NCBI GenBank assembly: GCA_951406725.2
Contig: OX597836.1
Location: 28,334,001 to 28,398,000 of the forward strand
Origin: Octopus vulgaris
Taxonomy: Eukaryota
Direction of reading: 5' to 3'
Length of the DNA: 64,000 nt
Within the stretch, counting starts at the first letter, position 1. Each line of letters opens with the position of its first letter. Positions 51,631 to 64,000 of this stretch are shown here, piece after piece. A program made the position numbers and the translations under genes. The notes beneath the pieces were generated by a model that ran no database searches, was not told the origin of the DNA, and saw only the letters and a program-made list of their open reading frames with translations.

Positions 51631-54600
51631 GGGGGATATAGATATATATACACACATATATACGTGCGCTTACCTGCACCTGCAATCTGAACACCATTAG
51701 ATCTTAGCCACTCCAAGTTAATGGAGTCAATGAGTACGATTTAACAAACATCCCCACCCACACCTTCCAGAGGAATGTGGATTGCAATGCCTTCAGTACA
51801 ACTGCCAAAGCCATGGAAATGTTGAAAACATTAACAAAAACTGTAAGCTGTTATGGAAAACCATTCTGTTTGCTGCCAATATCGGCTGTTCTTCTCCTTT
51901 ACCGTGAACTGGTAACCAAATCTTGCCACTTCTGTAAGCAAGCTACTTATCACACACCCACTCTTTTGTTAATCATTTTAGTCAGAAAGGTGAGAGGAAT
52001 AACTGTAACCCTTTTCTTTTAAGGGGCCTATAAAACTGGTTGGAAGTGGGGTGGGAAGAAAGCTATTGGTCAAACCAGACATCTTCTCCAAATTCTTGCA
52101 GCCAAGTGGAATCAGTTAAGAGTACCCAAAACCTGGTGGTAGTGATGTTAAACTAGGAGATGGGATAAGTCTACCCTTCAAGAACTCAGAATTCAAAGGG
52201 TTGGACACAAACACCACAAGGTAGTAGGTCCTACTACACTAAACACTCTGTCAATCCACTACCATAGACCAATAATAAATCCTACAAACTCTGAAAAGAT
52301 GAAAATCAAAGATAACTGTAGTGGGATTTGAACTCAGAATGCAGAGAGCAAATACAAGGCATTTTGTGCTCTGTTCTGATGGCTCAATTTCCTTGTGTCC
52401 AGCAGTGATCAGACATAATCAGTGTTTAATTGTTTAACCCTAGGTCAGCCCTGACCAAACAGATCTCTCACCAAGAAGCATCTAAACTGACCACTATATG
52501 CTCTTATAGGACCACCTTAACCTATGCATCCTTCCTTTTTTTTTTTTTGTATGTCAGGGTGTGGTTTAAAGGTTTTTACTATTTCTAGCAGGTTGAACAA
52601 CCACATAGAGGCTTACCTGTTGGTTTTTATTCTCCCATATGCAGTTGATTTTTAGCCCCAGGTCAATAAATCTATGATCAACAAGCATTCTGGTTGTGAC
52701 CATCCAACTCAATCACTTTCAGATACAGTGTTTCAACAACAACCACAATGTCCCAAAATCATCATCATTGTCCTCAACATTTAGCATCCATTTTCCATGC
52801 TGGCATTGGATGGGGGATTTGACAGGAGCTGGCAAACCAAGAGCTGCACCACACTCCAGTTGTCTGTTTTGGCATGGTTTCTTCAACTAGACAGCAAGCA
52901 CTGCACATAGTGTACTGGGTACTTTTTGCATAACACTACACAGGTGCTTTTTATGTGGCAGCGGCACCAGTGGGGTTACCAAGTAACCTGCAAGGCAAAA
53001 ACCTTTTACCTGAGAGAGGGAGTAGAACCGAGGAAAGAGGCTGAGTGCCAGGCAAGAGGTTAGAGTATGATAGAGGGACCAGGGTAGTTGTCGTCTGACA
53101 GAGGAGATACTTGGCCACCCCTGTAGGACAAAGATGGTGGAGGAGGTTTAGAAAGAAAGATAAAGAGACAGAAACAGATGGTGTTGGAGATGTATTGGGG
53201 CCTACCCACAGTGAACTGTGGGGTGGATGGGGTATAAAGAGTACAGAGGGGATGTTCTATGAGAATGTGAGAGGATATGTTTAGAGATGGGGAGGGAAGA
53301 CAAGATTGTAGCAAATGATGATGAGGGATATTGGTGAGGCTGGGAGGGGTTGTAAGGAAGAATGAGAGGACATGGAGAGTGTGCAAATAGGCACATGGAG
53401 GAGAGTGGGGGAGGAGCAGGGCCTGCAGCTGGTGTTGGGAAGGTGGGGGTTGACAAAGATCAGATAATGTGTGTATGGGGTGGGGGAGGCATGGCCATAA
53501 AGGACATGTAAGTATATATGGATGGTCACAATTTTCACTTAGTTTGATGTATCAGTAGGGTGTTATCCGAGGAAGACGTGGTTGCTGTTACTAGCAGATC
53601 AAACAACCACATAGTATTTCACTCGTTGGTTTGTATACTCCCATAATCATTGGTTATTTCTATTTAACCCTAGGTAAGCTTTGGTAAACCAAGCCTGTTT
53701 ACACTCCTTGGGTAAAGGAGACATTTGCTTACGTCCCACTACTTGGTGGTAGCGACCTGCAAAGATCACCAGAGTTAAGGGTCTGACTTGGAAGATGGTT
53801 ATGGTGAGCATCAAAAGGAGGATCTGGTTGAAGAATTCTGCCTTCAAGAAATATCTGCCAACCACTGTCAGCATGGAGAGAAAAATGTGGAAGCAGAAAA
53901 TGGAAAGGAAAGGAAAACTGGGGCAGGAGGGGATGCAAGACATTAAAGTTAACCATAAGAAGAGTAAATTAGGATTTTATCAAATGGAAGGAAGGAAGAG
54001 AGGGGAGGGGGAAGGAAGGAAGGAAAGAAGAGAGAGAGAGAGAATGAAAGAAAGTAGATAAAAGAAAGAAAGAGAGTAGAAAAATAGAAAGAAAGAAAGA
54101 AAGAGAAGTTGCCATAGGGTCTACTTCCTTCTTTGCTACATTCCAATATGTTTCAATTGTTTATTAATCCTCCCCAGCCTTAGGAGTGGTGGTCATGATG
54201 GTAGGAGGGAGTTTCTATTGTGTTTCCATGTCATTTCCCTTACAATTATTATTATTGAGACACTTCCACAGTTGGCTGCTAAACCTATAATTAACGTTTA
54301 GAATGAGAAACTCCACGTTATTACAATTGTTATTTTGTTGTTGTTGTTTGTGAAGATGAGTGGCAGGAGTAGCTGTGGTAAGAAGCTTGCTTCCCAACCA
54401 CATGGTTCTGGGTTCAGTCCCACCATGTGGCACATTGGGCAAGTGTCTTCTACTATAACCCCAGGACAACCAAAGCCTTGTGAGTGGATTTAGTAGACGG
54501 AAACGGAAAGAAGCCCATCGTGTATATATTTATATATGTGTGTGTGTGTGTGTATGCATGTATGTGAGTGTGTGTGTGTGTGTATTTGTGTCTGTCCTCC

Positions 54601-55433
54601 CATCATCACTTGACAACCAATGCTGGTGTATTTACATCCCCTTAACTTAGCAGTTCAGCAAAAGAGTCCGATAGAATAAGTACCAAGCTTACAAAGAATA
54701 AGTGCTGGGGTCAATTGGTTCGACTAAAGGCGGTGCTCCAGCATGGCTGCAGTCAAATGACTGAAACAAGTAAAAGAGTAAAAGTGAGTGGTTAGGATGT
54801 TTGTACTCATAACCTCTTGGTCATGGTTTCAATTCCTGGATTGATTGAAGCATCAGCGCTCTGCGATCACTTCAGTATTTGACATGGCACACTGTGCACC
54901 TGTACAGGTGATGTTTATTTGATGGAAGCAGTGAGCTAAAGGGCACAGAAACATTCGATCACCATAAACAAGTCATCAGTTCAGGTTGTGGGGCAAGAAA
55001 TAGCAGAGCTGTCTTTCTCAGACTTGAGAGATTACAATTAAGTTGTCATTTTTGTTTAGCCCCAGGTCAGCCTAAATGAATAGATTTATGATCAAAGACA
55101 TTTCAACTGTGACTATCTGATCTTATTTAAAACGGGATCTGCTTTGAGGAAAATTTTGTTGCTATTTCAAGCAGGTTGCATACCTTGAAGAACTTCTATA
55201 AATGACCACAACCATTGAGTACATAGACACACAGACACAGCCAAGTACAGTTTATCTCAGGGTATATTATCCAAAGTGTTATTCTTTTTTCAAAAGATAT
55301 AATGGTATAGGTGTAGGAGTGTATATATATATAGAGAGAGAGAGAGAGAGACGCAGGAGTGGCTGTATGGTAAGTAGCTTGATTATGAACCACATGGTTC
55401 CAGGTTCAGTCCCACTGCGTGGCACCTTGGGCA

Positions 55434-55962
55434 CTGGTAGAATGTGTCATATAAAATATCTTTTACTGTTAGCGTTTTTGAGAAAAGCTTATATTTAGGA
55501 AGTTATTTCATGTTAAAGTTGTCCTATTTCGGTAATTTCAAGCAATCAATGATGTGTATTCAGTTGAATAAAATTACTGCCGTTGTTTGTCAACAACTAT
55601 CGGCGGTGTATTTTTCGTTTGTCACTGTTATTCATGACATCGTTCGTGCGTTTGTACTGGTTTTAGCTTTAAGGTTTTAGGGTTGTCATAAATAAGTGAC
55701 AAACGAAATATACACCGCCGGAAGTTCTTGTTGACAAACAACAGCAGTAATTTTATTCAGCTGAATACACGTCATTGATTGGTTGAAATTACCGAAATAC
55801 GACAACTTTAACATGAAAATACTTCCTAAATATAAGCTTTTCTCAAAAACGCTAAGAGTAAAAGATATTACATATGACACATTCTACCAGGGTCCGAAGT
55901 TTGAAAGTGTTTAGTTACAAAAAATTATTTTTTAAAATCTGTTGCTCAAAAGGTAAAGATCC
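55434..55962. mobile_element. Foldback element related to the GGATC MITE (about 205-bp inverted arms)
   Basis: 55434-55639 is a near reverse complement of 55685-55890. Right end ...AAAGATCC; left end lost at the junction with a SINE head. Confidence 0.85.
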
Positions 55963-56054
55963 GCCTTAAAAAAAATAAGAACTGGGGTTGGTATGTTTGA
56001 GTAGACTTCTCAATGTGGTAACCCAGCAATCTGCAGTCCAATGCCCAACACAAA

Positions 56055-56443
56055 TCTTTATATATAAAAGTGAAGTTGTGTGAGTGTCTGTCTCCTACGA
56101 TTTAGATTCCTAACTACTCCCACGTTTTGCGGTGCAGTTTAACCAAAACCGGGTATCTTATAGTCGTGATTCATAGAGCCCTTCTGGGTATTAGCGCGCG
56201 TCTACGATGAGTCTACGATTTAAAAAAAAATTTATCATCATTTTTTTCCATTTTAATGCATTTTTTCGCTATTATATAAGGGAAGTAACTCTCTAAAAAT
56301 GTCTACGATGAGTCAACGATTTAAAAAAAAATTTACCATAATTTTTTTTCCATTTTTGATGCATTTTTTTGCTATAACTCTCTAAAAATGCTTATGTAGT
56401 TATTTCCCTTACAAACCCGAGCAACGCCGGGCGATGCTGCTAG
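56055..56443 (+). mobile_element. Non-autonomous Helitron
   Basis: 5' TC(TTTATATATAAAA), subterminal hairpin CCCGAGCAACGCCGGG, 3' CTAG, inserted between A and T with no TSD. Internal duplication of the TCTACGATGAGTC.. block. Confidence 0.85.
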
Positions 56444-57007
56444 TAAAAGATAAAAGACGTGTGTGTGTGTGTGTGCGTGTACGCGCGCGTCCGACGGTTG
56501 TGGTCGTTTGTAGTTGTACCAAGCAAAGTCCAAGGGCGATAACTCTGCTCTTACATAACTATCAAAACTTCATCGATTGATGAGCTATCGATCTTTTTTT
56601 TACACCTCTCCATCTCCACCAATCCAGACCATTTCAAATTAGAAGTCCTCTTCCACTGGTTTATTTTAATATTCTCGCTCCACATTATCTTTTAAATATT
56701 TAGTTTGAAACCTCAAAAAATGCTGGTATGTTTTCATAATAAGATATAGGCGCAGCTATTGGTATGGGGTAAGAAGATTGTTTACCAACCACATGGTCCC
56801 GGGTTCAAATTCACTGTGTGGATTTGGTAGAGAGAACCTGAAAGAAAACCGTCAATAAAAATAATATGTATGTGTGACTATGGGTGTCTTTGTGTCTATG
56901 TTTGTCCCCCACCCCCGCTTGAAAACCGGCGTTGGTGTATTTATGTCCCTGTAACTTAGCAGTTCGGCAAAAAGTAACAATATAAGTACCAGGCTTAAAA
57001 AACGAGC

Positions 57008-57191
57008 TATCTATCTATCTATCTATCCGCTCAGTCGAAGTCGACTCTCGGTTACTTGATGGATCAGTGTCCTCCAGTCAGTTCTATCCTGGGCCGCTTC
57101 TTTCAGATTGGCTATGTCCATTCCAGTATCACTCTTGATGGTGTCAAGCCAGCGGGTTCTTGGTCGGCCTCTTTCTCTCTTGCCACTAACC
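57008..57191 (-). mobile_element. RTE/BovB-like LINE extreme 3' end with (GATA)n tail
   Basis: GKRERGRPRTRWLDTIKSDTGMDIANLKEAAQDRTDWRTLIHQVTESRLRLSG* followed by short tandem repeat tail. Confidence 0.8.
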
Positions 57192-57924
57192 ATATATATA
57201 TTCTCTCTTGACACTGACCATATATAATATAATAAATATACATGATGTGTTTAGGAAGGGCATCCAGCCGTAGAAACACTGCCAGATCAGACTGGGCCTA
57301 ATGCAGCCTTCTGGCTTCACAAACCCCAGTTGAACCGTCCAACCCATGCTAGCTTGGAAAGGGGACGCTAAATGATGATGATGATGATATACAATATACA
57401 TATAATATATATATTCTCCAGGGATTTTCTCCGCATAATTCGACTAAAATTCTTCAAGGTGGTGTGACAGTACGGCCGCAGTCTATGCTTGACTGAAACA
57501 TATAAAAGACATGAAGGGTGTGCTAAATTGGAAAGGGAAACCATTACATGGCTACTTGACCTGTTATAAATAGCAACCAAATCTCACCTAACTTAAAAAA
57601 AAAAATAACCAACAAAAAACACATTGCATAAATCTGAATTGGGTGACTTACTTTGACCCAAAAAAATATATTGGTCTTTTGCTAACTGAAATATCTCATC
57701 TGCATACGTTACAACTACAGCTGATTGCAGTCGCTCATTAACTAAACTGGTTTGCTCTGGGAGTCGACAGCTTGTTGTCTGTTGACTTGCTCAGCATCGA
57801 GTGATGTTCACTACAGCCTTGATAAGTTCATCAGCTGAAATAATTCACATCCATCATGCTGCATAAAGCAGCCATCGGTAGACTATGTCCACATGAGAGA
57901 GACACTTCACTATAACATCTTTAA

Positions 57925-58144
57925 CCCTTTTGTTACTGTATTTATTTTGAGATGCTCTGTGTTTCTTTCAATTACTTTAAATATAATAAAGAATTTAGTA
58001 AAATAACTTAGTTATCATTCAGCTAGTGTAAAGAACATAAATTGTAACTAAGGTTTGGTGGAAGATTTTAATGTAAAACTTATGAAAACATGAGACTTGT
58101 ACTCAGAGCCAGAGCCAGTTTCAGCCGGGTTGGTAACGAAAGGG
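57925..58144. mobile_element. piggyBac-like MITE
   Basis: TTAA|CCCTTTTGTTAC ... GTAACGAAAGGG|TTAA. Confidence 0.85.
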
Positions 58145-58648
58145 TTAAATCCTAAACCTACATGATCAAAACCAATCTGAGGCTAGACAAACAATTCGTT
58201 CAACATTTGGATTTTCAATTTTAACCGAAGATTAAACAACAACAACAACAACGATGATTTATATATATATGTATATAGTTTATACAGAACATATGAAAAA
58301 TAATATTTTCAAATGCACACCTACATACACTATGAGCAATATTATAAAAATGAGACAGAGAGAGATTCATAGATAATACAATCTTTATAACAACATACAT
58401 ACATGTATGGAATATATATAGTATGTGTAACATATATGCGTGTAATATATATACTATATATAAAAAACATATATATTATATATTATAAATAACCATAATA
58501 TATATACATACATACATATATATTATATATACACACACAATATATATTATATATTATAAATAGCCATAATATATATACATATATACATTTATATATATAT
58601 ATACATGCAATATATATATATACATATTATTATACAATATATATATAT

Positions 58649-58679
<31 letters not shown>

Positions 58680-58684
58680 TGTAT

Positions 58685-58718
<34 letters not shown>

Positions 58719-59536
58719 TTATATATATACACGCAATATATATAATGTATGTATTATATATATTATATCATATACATATATAATATATAATCAATATACA
58801 TGATGTGTATATATACATACATATACAATATACATAATATACATATAATATATATATTTATATGGGGAACAGCTTTTTGTTCAAACAAGTTTCATTAAAT
58901 GCGCAACAATGTTTTATCCATTTTCTTTTAGATTTTTTTTGTATTTCATAAGTTTCCACCCCACCCCACCCTTTTCTTTTGTTTTTTTTTTCACAGTTAG
59001 TTTGGAACAATTATATTGCTAAATTTTATATTCGATGTCCTCAGACCTTTCACAATGGAGCTGTCAAACTCATTTCATTCTTGAAAACAAGATTGTGAAG
59101 TTCTGAAAAACGTCGAGTATGAATTTAGAAATTTTATTGTTCCAAAACACATTGTAAAAAAAAACAAATCAAAAAAAAACAATATAGAAAACAAAACAAA
59201 ACATGAAAATTTTAAAATAAAAATGATAAAATTTAAATACAGTTGCTTATGTAATGAATTACAAACATACACATCTTGATTGTGTGTATATACACACAAT
59301 CAAGATGTGAGGAGGGGAGGTTTATAGTATGTTTGGAGACTGGATCTGGAGTGTGAAGAAAGAAATGTTTTTGTTTTTTGTTCATTTTTCATTTGTTTTT
59401 CCTTCGAAGGCATTGAAGCTTTGGCTTTCTCAAAGAATCAAGGAATGGGATGCTGCGATGGCCATTTCATTGTTCAAGTCAAAGGAAGCAATTATCGCAT
59501 GAGAATTGAAGGCATATTGAAGGTTATGTTCATATG

Positions 59537-59539
<3 letters not shown>

Positions 59540-59623
<84 letters not shown>

Positions 59624-59711
59624 GTGTGTATATATACATATATATATGTCATATATATATATATATATATTTATATATATTTGTGTGTGTATATATACAT
59701 ATATATATGTC

Positions 59712-59743
<32 letters not shown>

Positions 59744-59807
59744 TTGTGTGTGTATATATACATATATATGTCATATATATATATATATATATTTATATAT
59801 ATTTGTG

Positions 59808-59864
<57 letters not shown>

Positions 59865-59889
59865 GTGTATATATACATATATATATGTC

Positions 59890-59921
<32 letters not shown>

Positions 59922-59944
59922 GTGTATATATACATATATATATG

Positions 59945-59988
<44 letters not shown>

Positions 59989-60146
59989 GTATATATACAT
60001 ATATATATGTCATATATATTTATATATATTTGTGTGTATATATATATATATATATATACATATATGTCATACATACATCATATATATATATATTTATATT
60101 TATATATGTCATATATTTATATCATATATATGTATGTATGTGTTTG

Positions 60147-60185
<39 letters not shown>

Positions 60186-60215
60186 GTGTGTTTGTGTGTG
60201 TGTGTATATATATGT
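59540..60215. repeat. Compound (TA)n higher-order microsatellite, probably in the zinc-finger gene 3'UTR
   Basis: About 60-bp unit TTGTGTGTATATATACATATATATATGTCA(TA)n repeated about 8 times, starting about 440 nt after the stop codon. Confidence 0.85.
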
Positions 60216-60657
60216 TTGTCTCTGAGCCACAGCCCATAGTGCATAAACATGTAGTAATGTAACATATCTGCTGCACATTGCCGCTAAAATACAAACACCT
60301 AGAAGAGAAGCTCATGCAATGCGCACTCTTACATGCTAGCTCACACACACACACATACACACACACACAGATATGCATCTGCAAACATCATTTGCATACT
60401 CATTAGCATACACAATTACACAGCAGCTCTCTTTTAGTGTCTGTTTGTCTCTCACATGAATGCATGCGCGATTATGCACACACTTAAACACAAACAAAAT
60501 TACACAACAACTGAAGAAAAAAAACAACAAAAAAACTCACACACGCACGCACACACACATATGCAATGATACGCAATTACTGGCATATATATATATACAC
60601 ACTCGTGGTTATCCAGTGAAACACATATACAAACTGACCCTTAAATGACCAGTCCCT

Positions 60658-63600
60658 TTAAATGACCTTGGTGGCCTCTGCAACTGCAGTTTCAACTTCC
60701 TGTCCGCATATCACCGTCTCCTCTTCGCCCTCCTCTGTCTGGTTCACAAACTGTAGTATGACAACTGTATGGCCATCCTCTTCGACAACGGTTGGATGTA
60801 TTTCAGGCACCCGGATACTGTCTCCTTGTCCAGTGAAGACAGCATTGGACAAACTGTGAAGAGCTTCAGCAGCCATTCTTGGCAGAACACCATCAGTGGT
60901 GGATACGGCGATGCTTGTGTCAGCTCCGAGGGTGATAATGGTTTCCTCTTCTTTATTACCGTTTTCGCTGTTGTCCTCTTCATTGCTGATGTCGGTGCTT
61001 TTCACTGTGAGGTGCGATTCACTTTTCATACTGTTCTTCTGTGAGCGATCAACCTGTTTGCGGAGGTTACCCAGAAAGTTCAATTCCTTCAGTTTGTGCA
61101 GTCGTTCAGGATGTTTCTTCCGGTAGTGCCGGATCAGCGTATGACGGTGTCCGCATTTGGCATTGCAGCAATCACAGACGTACATCAAGCCACTGTGAAA
61201 AATCTGCGTATGCTTTCGCAATTCGTAGCTCTTGACAAACTTCTTTCCGCAGTACTCACACATCAGCTTGTTGGTCATGGTGTGCTCAAGTCGGTGTCGA
61301 TTCAGTTGATCTGGATACTTGAACTTCTTGTCGCAATACGAACAGGCAAAGTGTTTCTCCTGTGAGTGTGAGAACATGTGTGTTTTCATGTTGCCCTTCT
61401 GGCGGAATTCCTTGCCACATGTCTTGCATGTGTACTTTGGTGGTGCATCTGAATGAAACTGCCTCATGTGTGACACCAGACTGGTTTTGGTCTTCACTAT
61501 TTTTCCGCACTCGGCACACTGGTGCTGGTACTTGTTCTCATGCACGGAGGCTTTGTGCTCTTTCAAGTAAGTGATATAATGGAAACGCTTTCCACAGATG
61601 TCACACTCGCACGTCTTCTCACCATGGCACTTCAGGTGTTTGTTCAGGTTGCTGACGGTGACAAAAGACTTGCCACACAGGTGACAGATAAGATTGTCGT
61701 GGATGTAGACCTGGTTGTGGCGTCGAACAACACGTACCAATGTACCGTCAGGCAGACGACAGCTGTGGTCATTGAGGTAGTCTTTGCGATAGAACATCTT
61801 GTTGCACACCTCACACTTAAACTGAGGTTCGCCGTGGATGATTTGGTGCCGACTGAGATACTTGTCTGAGCGAAATGTCTTGAGACAAATCTCACAACGA
61901 GCCTCGTCTCCGTCTAACAACTTGTGGCAAGAATGGGTCTGCAGGCTTCCTCGTTTGACGAACCTTTTACCACAACGTGAACAATCAAATGGATGTGTAT
62001 GCTTCTGGAAATGATCCCGGTACTCTTTAGCATCGGTGAATTTAGCTTCACACTGGCCACATGCAACAAAGCCTTCACGTTTGATGATCGCTTGGCTCAT
62101 ACACAGCCTCTTGTGCCAGTTTAATTCTTCGTTCCTGTTGAATCCTTTCAGACAGATGTCACATTCATAGGTTGTCGTGTGTGTGGCCTCATGATTGTTC
62201 AGATGTTGCAAGTTGGAAAATGTCTTCTTGCACACTCGACACGTAAGCTTGTTGTCGTTCTCTTTGGAGGATTCCTCGGCCAAAGGTGTGCATTCGTGTT
62301 CTTTCAAAGCCTCCTCAACAGCAAATGACCGTCGGCATTTGAAGCAGTGCAACGAGAAACAGCGAAGCAGGTGGTTTTCAAGGCCAAGCTTTGTTGAGAA
62401 AGTGCGACCACAGTTGTGGCAGGAATGAATGTTTTCTGCAGCAGCCCTTGCTGGGTCACAACGCAGGATGTGTTTCTGCATAGAATCCTTGCGTGAGAAG
62501 CAGCGGCCACATTGCTCACACTTAAAAATATCTGTATGCATCGCTAAATGACGGAAAAGATATTTCACAGTGCGGAAACTTTGTTCACAGATATCACACT
62601 GGTGTAGAGCATTCTCATTTTCCTCCCCTTTGTTGCTACTACACGCATGGCTAACCAGTAGGTGGCGTTGTGAAAACTTCCTTTTGCATCGGTCACATTT
62701 CCAGTGATCAGCTGGTGCAGTGGCAGGCTTTTCTCCAGGTTCCAGCTGTGAAGTGGAGAGCTCAGAATCGTCTTGTGTAAAACTTAGTCTGTCATCAGCG
62801 TTGTCACCAGTCTGGAGCACAGTTGAGTTGGCATTGCTGTCACACCGATGTTTCATTAGAGATTCCTTTCGTGTAAATCTCTTGCAACAGAGATCACAAC
62901 GAAAGCGGTCAGTGTGCGCTGGTGCATGTAGTTTCAGATACTTTATGTTGGTGAATCTTTTGCCACAGACGCAGCAGGCATAGAGAATGACATCGTCCGT
63001 CTTATCAATCAAAATATCTATGCCATTGTCTTTGGCAAGAATTTTACATTTCCTTCTGGATTCCGGTGAATCACTGGAATCATCTTGGTTATCCTCATTA
63101 GCTGTATCAGAGTCCTTGAAATCAGACTCTAGTACTTCTCCTTCTTCACATTCATCTTCACCTAAAATGTCATCAGTGTCGTCATCGGCCAAATTCTTGC
63201 TGCTTTCATCATCAGTGACAGGTGTTTTCTCACTGTCACTGTTCACCAAGTCAGCTTTCTGTGAAGTTTTGCTCTTTGATGGAGACTGCTCTTGAGAAGT
63301 TTTGGCTTTGATGGCTACTGATGTGGTGTTGCTTGTGTTCTTGCTGCTGACCAACGACACGGCTGTGTTGCTGTTGGCCGGTGTAGTTGCCTGCGTTTGC
63401 AATGCTTTCGGTGGTCGCCCACGACGACGAGTTGCACCAGGCACTTTCACAGTTTCTTGCAAAACCTTTTTCTCCAATGGCTTTTCAGGTTTTGCTACTT
63501 TACTCGGCTCTTCTTCATCAATTGCTTTGTTACCAGTTGTTCTAATACCCTTCAACCGTCGTGTGGGTAACACCCGTGCCAGGCTTTGCGAAGGCGAGGC

Positions 63601-64000
63601 AGCCTGGACAGGTGACTGACTAGTACTGGTTTTTACTTTCTTAGGTGTTGACAATTCTGATTGTGATTTGTCACTGTCAGAACTGGATTTTGGTTTTCTC
63701 CCCAAATGAAGTGCCTGGCGTGTGCGCTTCCTAGGCCGACCTGGGCCACGTGTCTTTTTCAGGGGCTCTTCTTTTGTGGTGCTAGCTTCAGCGGCACCAT
63801 TACTTTTATCTGTAACATCACTGGCAACTGTTGGCTGGCAACTCTCAGAACTCTTTGCAGTGACCTGTTCCGGTGTGGCTTTATTCTCTTCACTCTCACC
63901 TTCACCTTCATCTTTATTCAGCCAAGCAACGTCAGCAACAACATAGTCAACAAACTCTACCAATTTGTTAACTTTGTTCTCAGTTGTCTCACTTGACCCA
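60658..64000 (-). CDS. Multi-zinc-finger protein (20 C2H2/C2HC fingers, 2 AT-hooks, acidic region); terminal coding exon, 5' end outside the window
   Basis: 1101-aa ORF whose frame stays open to the window edge (GSSETTENKVNKLVEF...), so the TTG start in the track is not real. AT-hooks GRPRKR and RRRGRPPK; 20 CxxC-x12-H fingers counted by eye; stop TAA at 60660-60658. Confidence 0.95.
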   Translation of the reverse strand, partial: GSSETTENKVNKLVEFVDYVVADVAWLNKDEGEGESEENKATPEQVTAKSSESCQPTVASDVTDKSNGAAEASTTKEEPLKKTRGPGRPRKRTRQALHLGRKPKSSSDSDKSQSELSTPKKVKTSTSQSPVQAASPSQSLARVLPTRRLKGIRTTGNKAIDEEEPSKVAKPEKPLEKKVLQETVKVPGATRRRGRPPKALQTQATTPANSNTAVSLVSSKNTSNTTSVAIKAKTSQEQSPSKSKTSQKADLVNSDSEKTPVTDDESSKNLADDDTDDILGEDECEEGEVLESDFKDSDTANEDNQDDSSDSPESRRKCKILAKDNGIDILIDKTDDVILYACCVCGKRFTNIKYLKLHAPAHTDRFRCDLCCKRFTRKESLMKHRCDSNANSTVLQTGDNADDRLSFTQDDSELSTSQLEPGEKPATAPADHWKCDRCKRKFSQRHLLVSHACSSNKGEENENALHQCDICEQSFRTVKYLFRHLAMHTDIFKCEQCGRCFSRKDSMQKHILRCDPARAAAENIHSCHNCGRTFSTKLGLENHLLRCFSLHCFKCRRSFAVEEALKEHECTPLAEESSKENDNKLTCRVCKKTFSNLQHLNNHEATHTTTYECDICLKGFNRNEELNWHKRLCMSQAIIKREGFVACGQCEAKFTDAKEYRDHFQKHTHPFDCSRCGKRFVKRGSLQTHSCHKLLDGDEARCEICLKTFRSDKYLSRHQIIHGEPQFKCEVCNKMFYRKDYLNDHSCRLPDGTLVRVVRRHNQVYIHDNLICHLCGKSFVTVSNLNKHLKCHGEKTCECDICGKRFHYITYLKEHKASVHENKYQHQCAECGKIVKTKTSLVSHMRQFHSDAPPKYTCKTCGKEFRQKGNMKTHMFSHSQEKHFACSYCDKKFKYPDQLNRHRLEHTMTNKLMCEYCGKKFVKSYELRKHTQIFHSGLMYVCDCCNAKCGHRHTLIRHYRKKHPERLHKLKELNFLGNLRKQVDRSQKNSMKSESHLTVKSTDISNEEDNSENGNKEEETIITLGADTSIAVSTTDGVLPRMAAEALHSLSNAVFTGQGDSIRVPEIHPTVVEEDGHTVVILQFVNQTEEGEEETVICGQEVETAVAEATKVI

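Noticed and set aside
59421-60262. Long YI/IY-rich ORFs (also 8026-8565, 3245-3663 and others)
   Set aside because: Translations of (TA)n/(TG)n microsatellites.
60662-63996. Overlapping alternative-frame and antisense ORFs within the zinc-finger exon
   Set aside because: Expected shadows of a long, more GC-rich coding exon; no independent motifs.

Overview
AT-rich, microsatellite- and SINE-dense animal genomic DNA. The repeat landscape suggests a cephalopod such as Octopus, which is an inference. Two protein-coding genes are supported, both on the minus strand. (1) A BMP5/6/7/8 (gbb/60A-type) TGF-beta ligand gene. Five coding exons were assembled by hand with canonical GT-AG sites and consistent phases: 34105-33691, 17679-17496, 4007-3856, 1980-1786 and 87-20 (338 codons). 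The remaining cystine-knot exons lie off the left edge, and a non-coding 5' exon probably lies upstream. (2) A >3.3 kb exon (60658 to the window edge) encoding two AT-hooks and 20 zinc fingers, 8 of them C2HC-type. The rest is transposon-derived or simple repeat: several tRNA-derived SINE families with exchangeable modules, RTE, CR1-like and R4/Dong LINE fragments, mariner, hAT, piggyBac and GG-ended MITEs, a non-autonomous Helitron, foldback elements and tandem arrays. Almost all other ORFs in the track are microsatellite or repeat artefacts. I see no clear evidence of a wholly new biological system. The best leads are an 87-bp array that multiplies a candidate 3' splice site of the BMP gene, extra furin sites in the BMP precursor, TAA-targeted retroelements stacked at a splice acceptor, the alternating C2H2/C2HC finger architecture, and dsRNA-forming inverted repeats.
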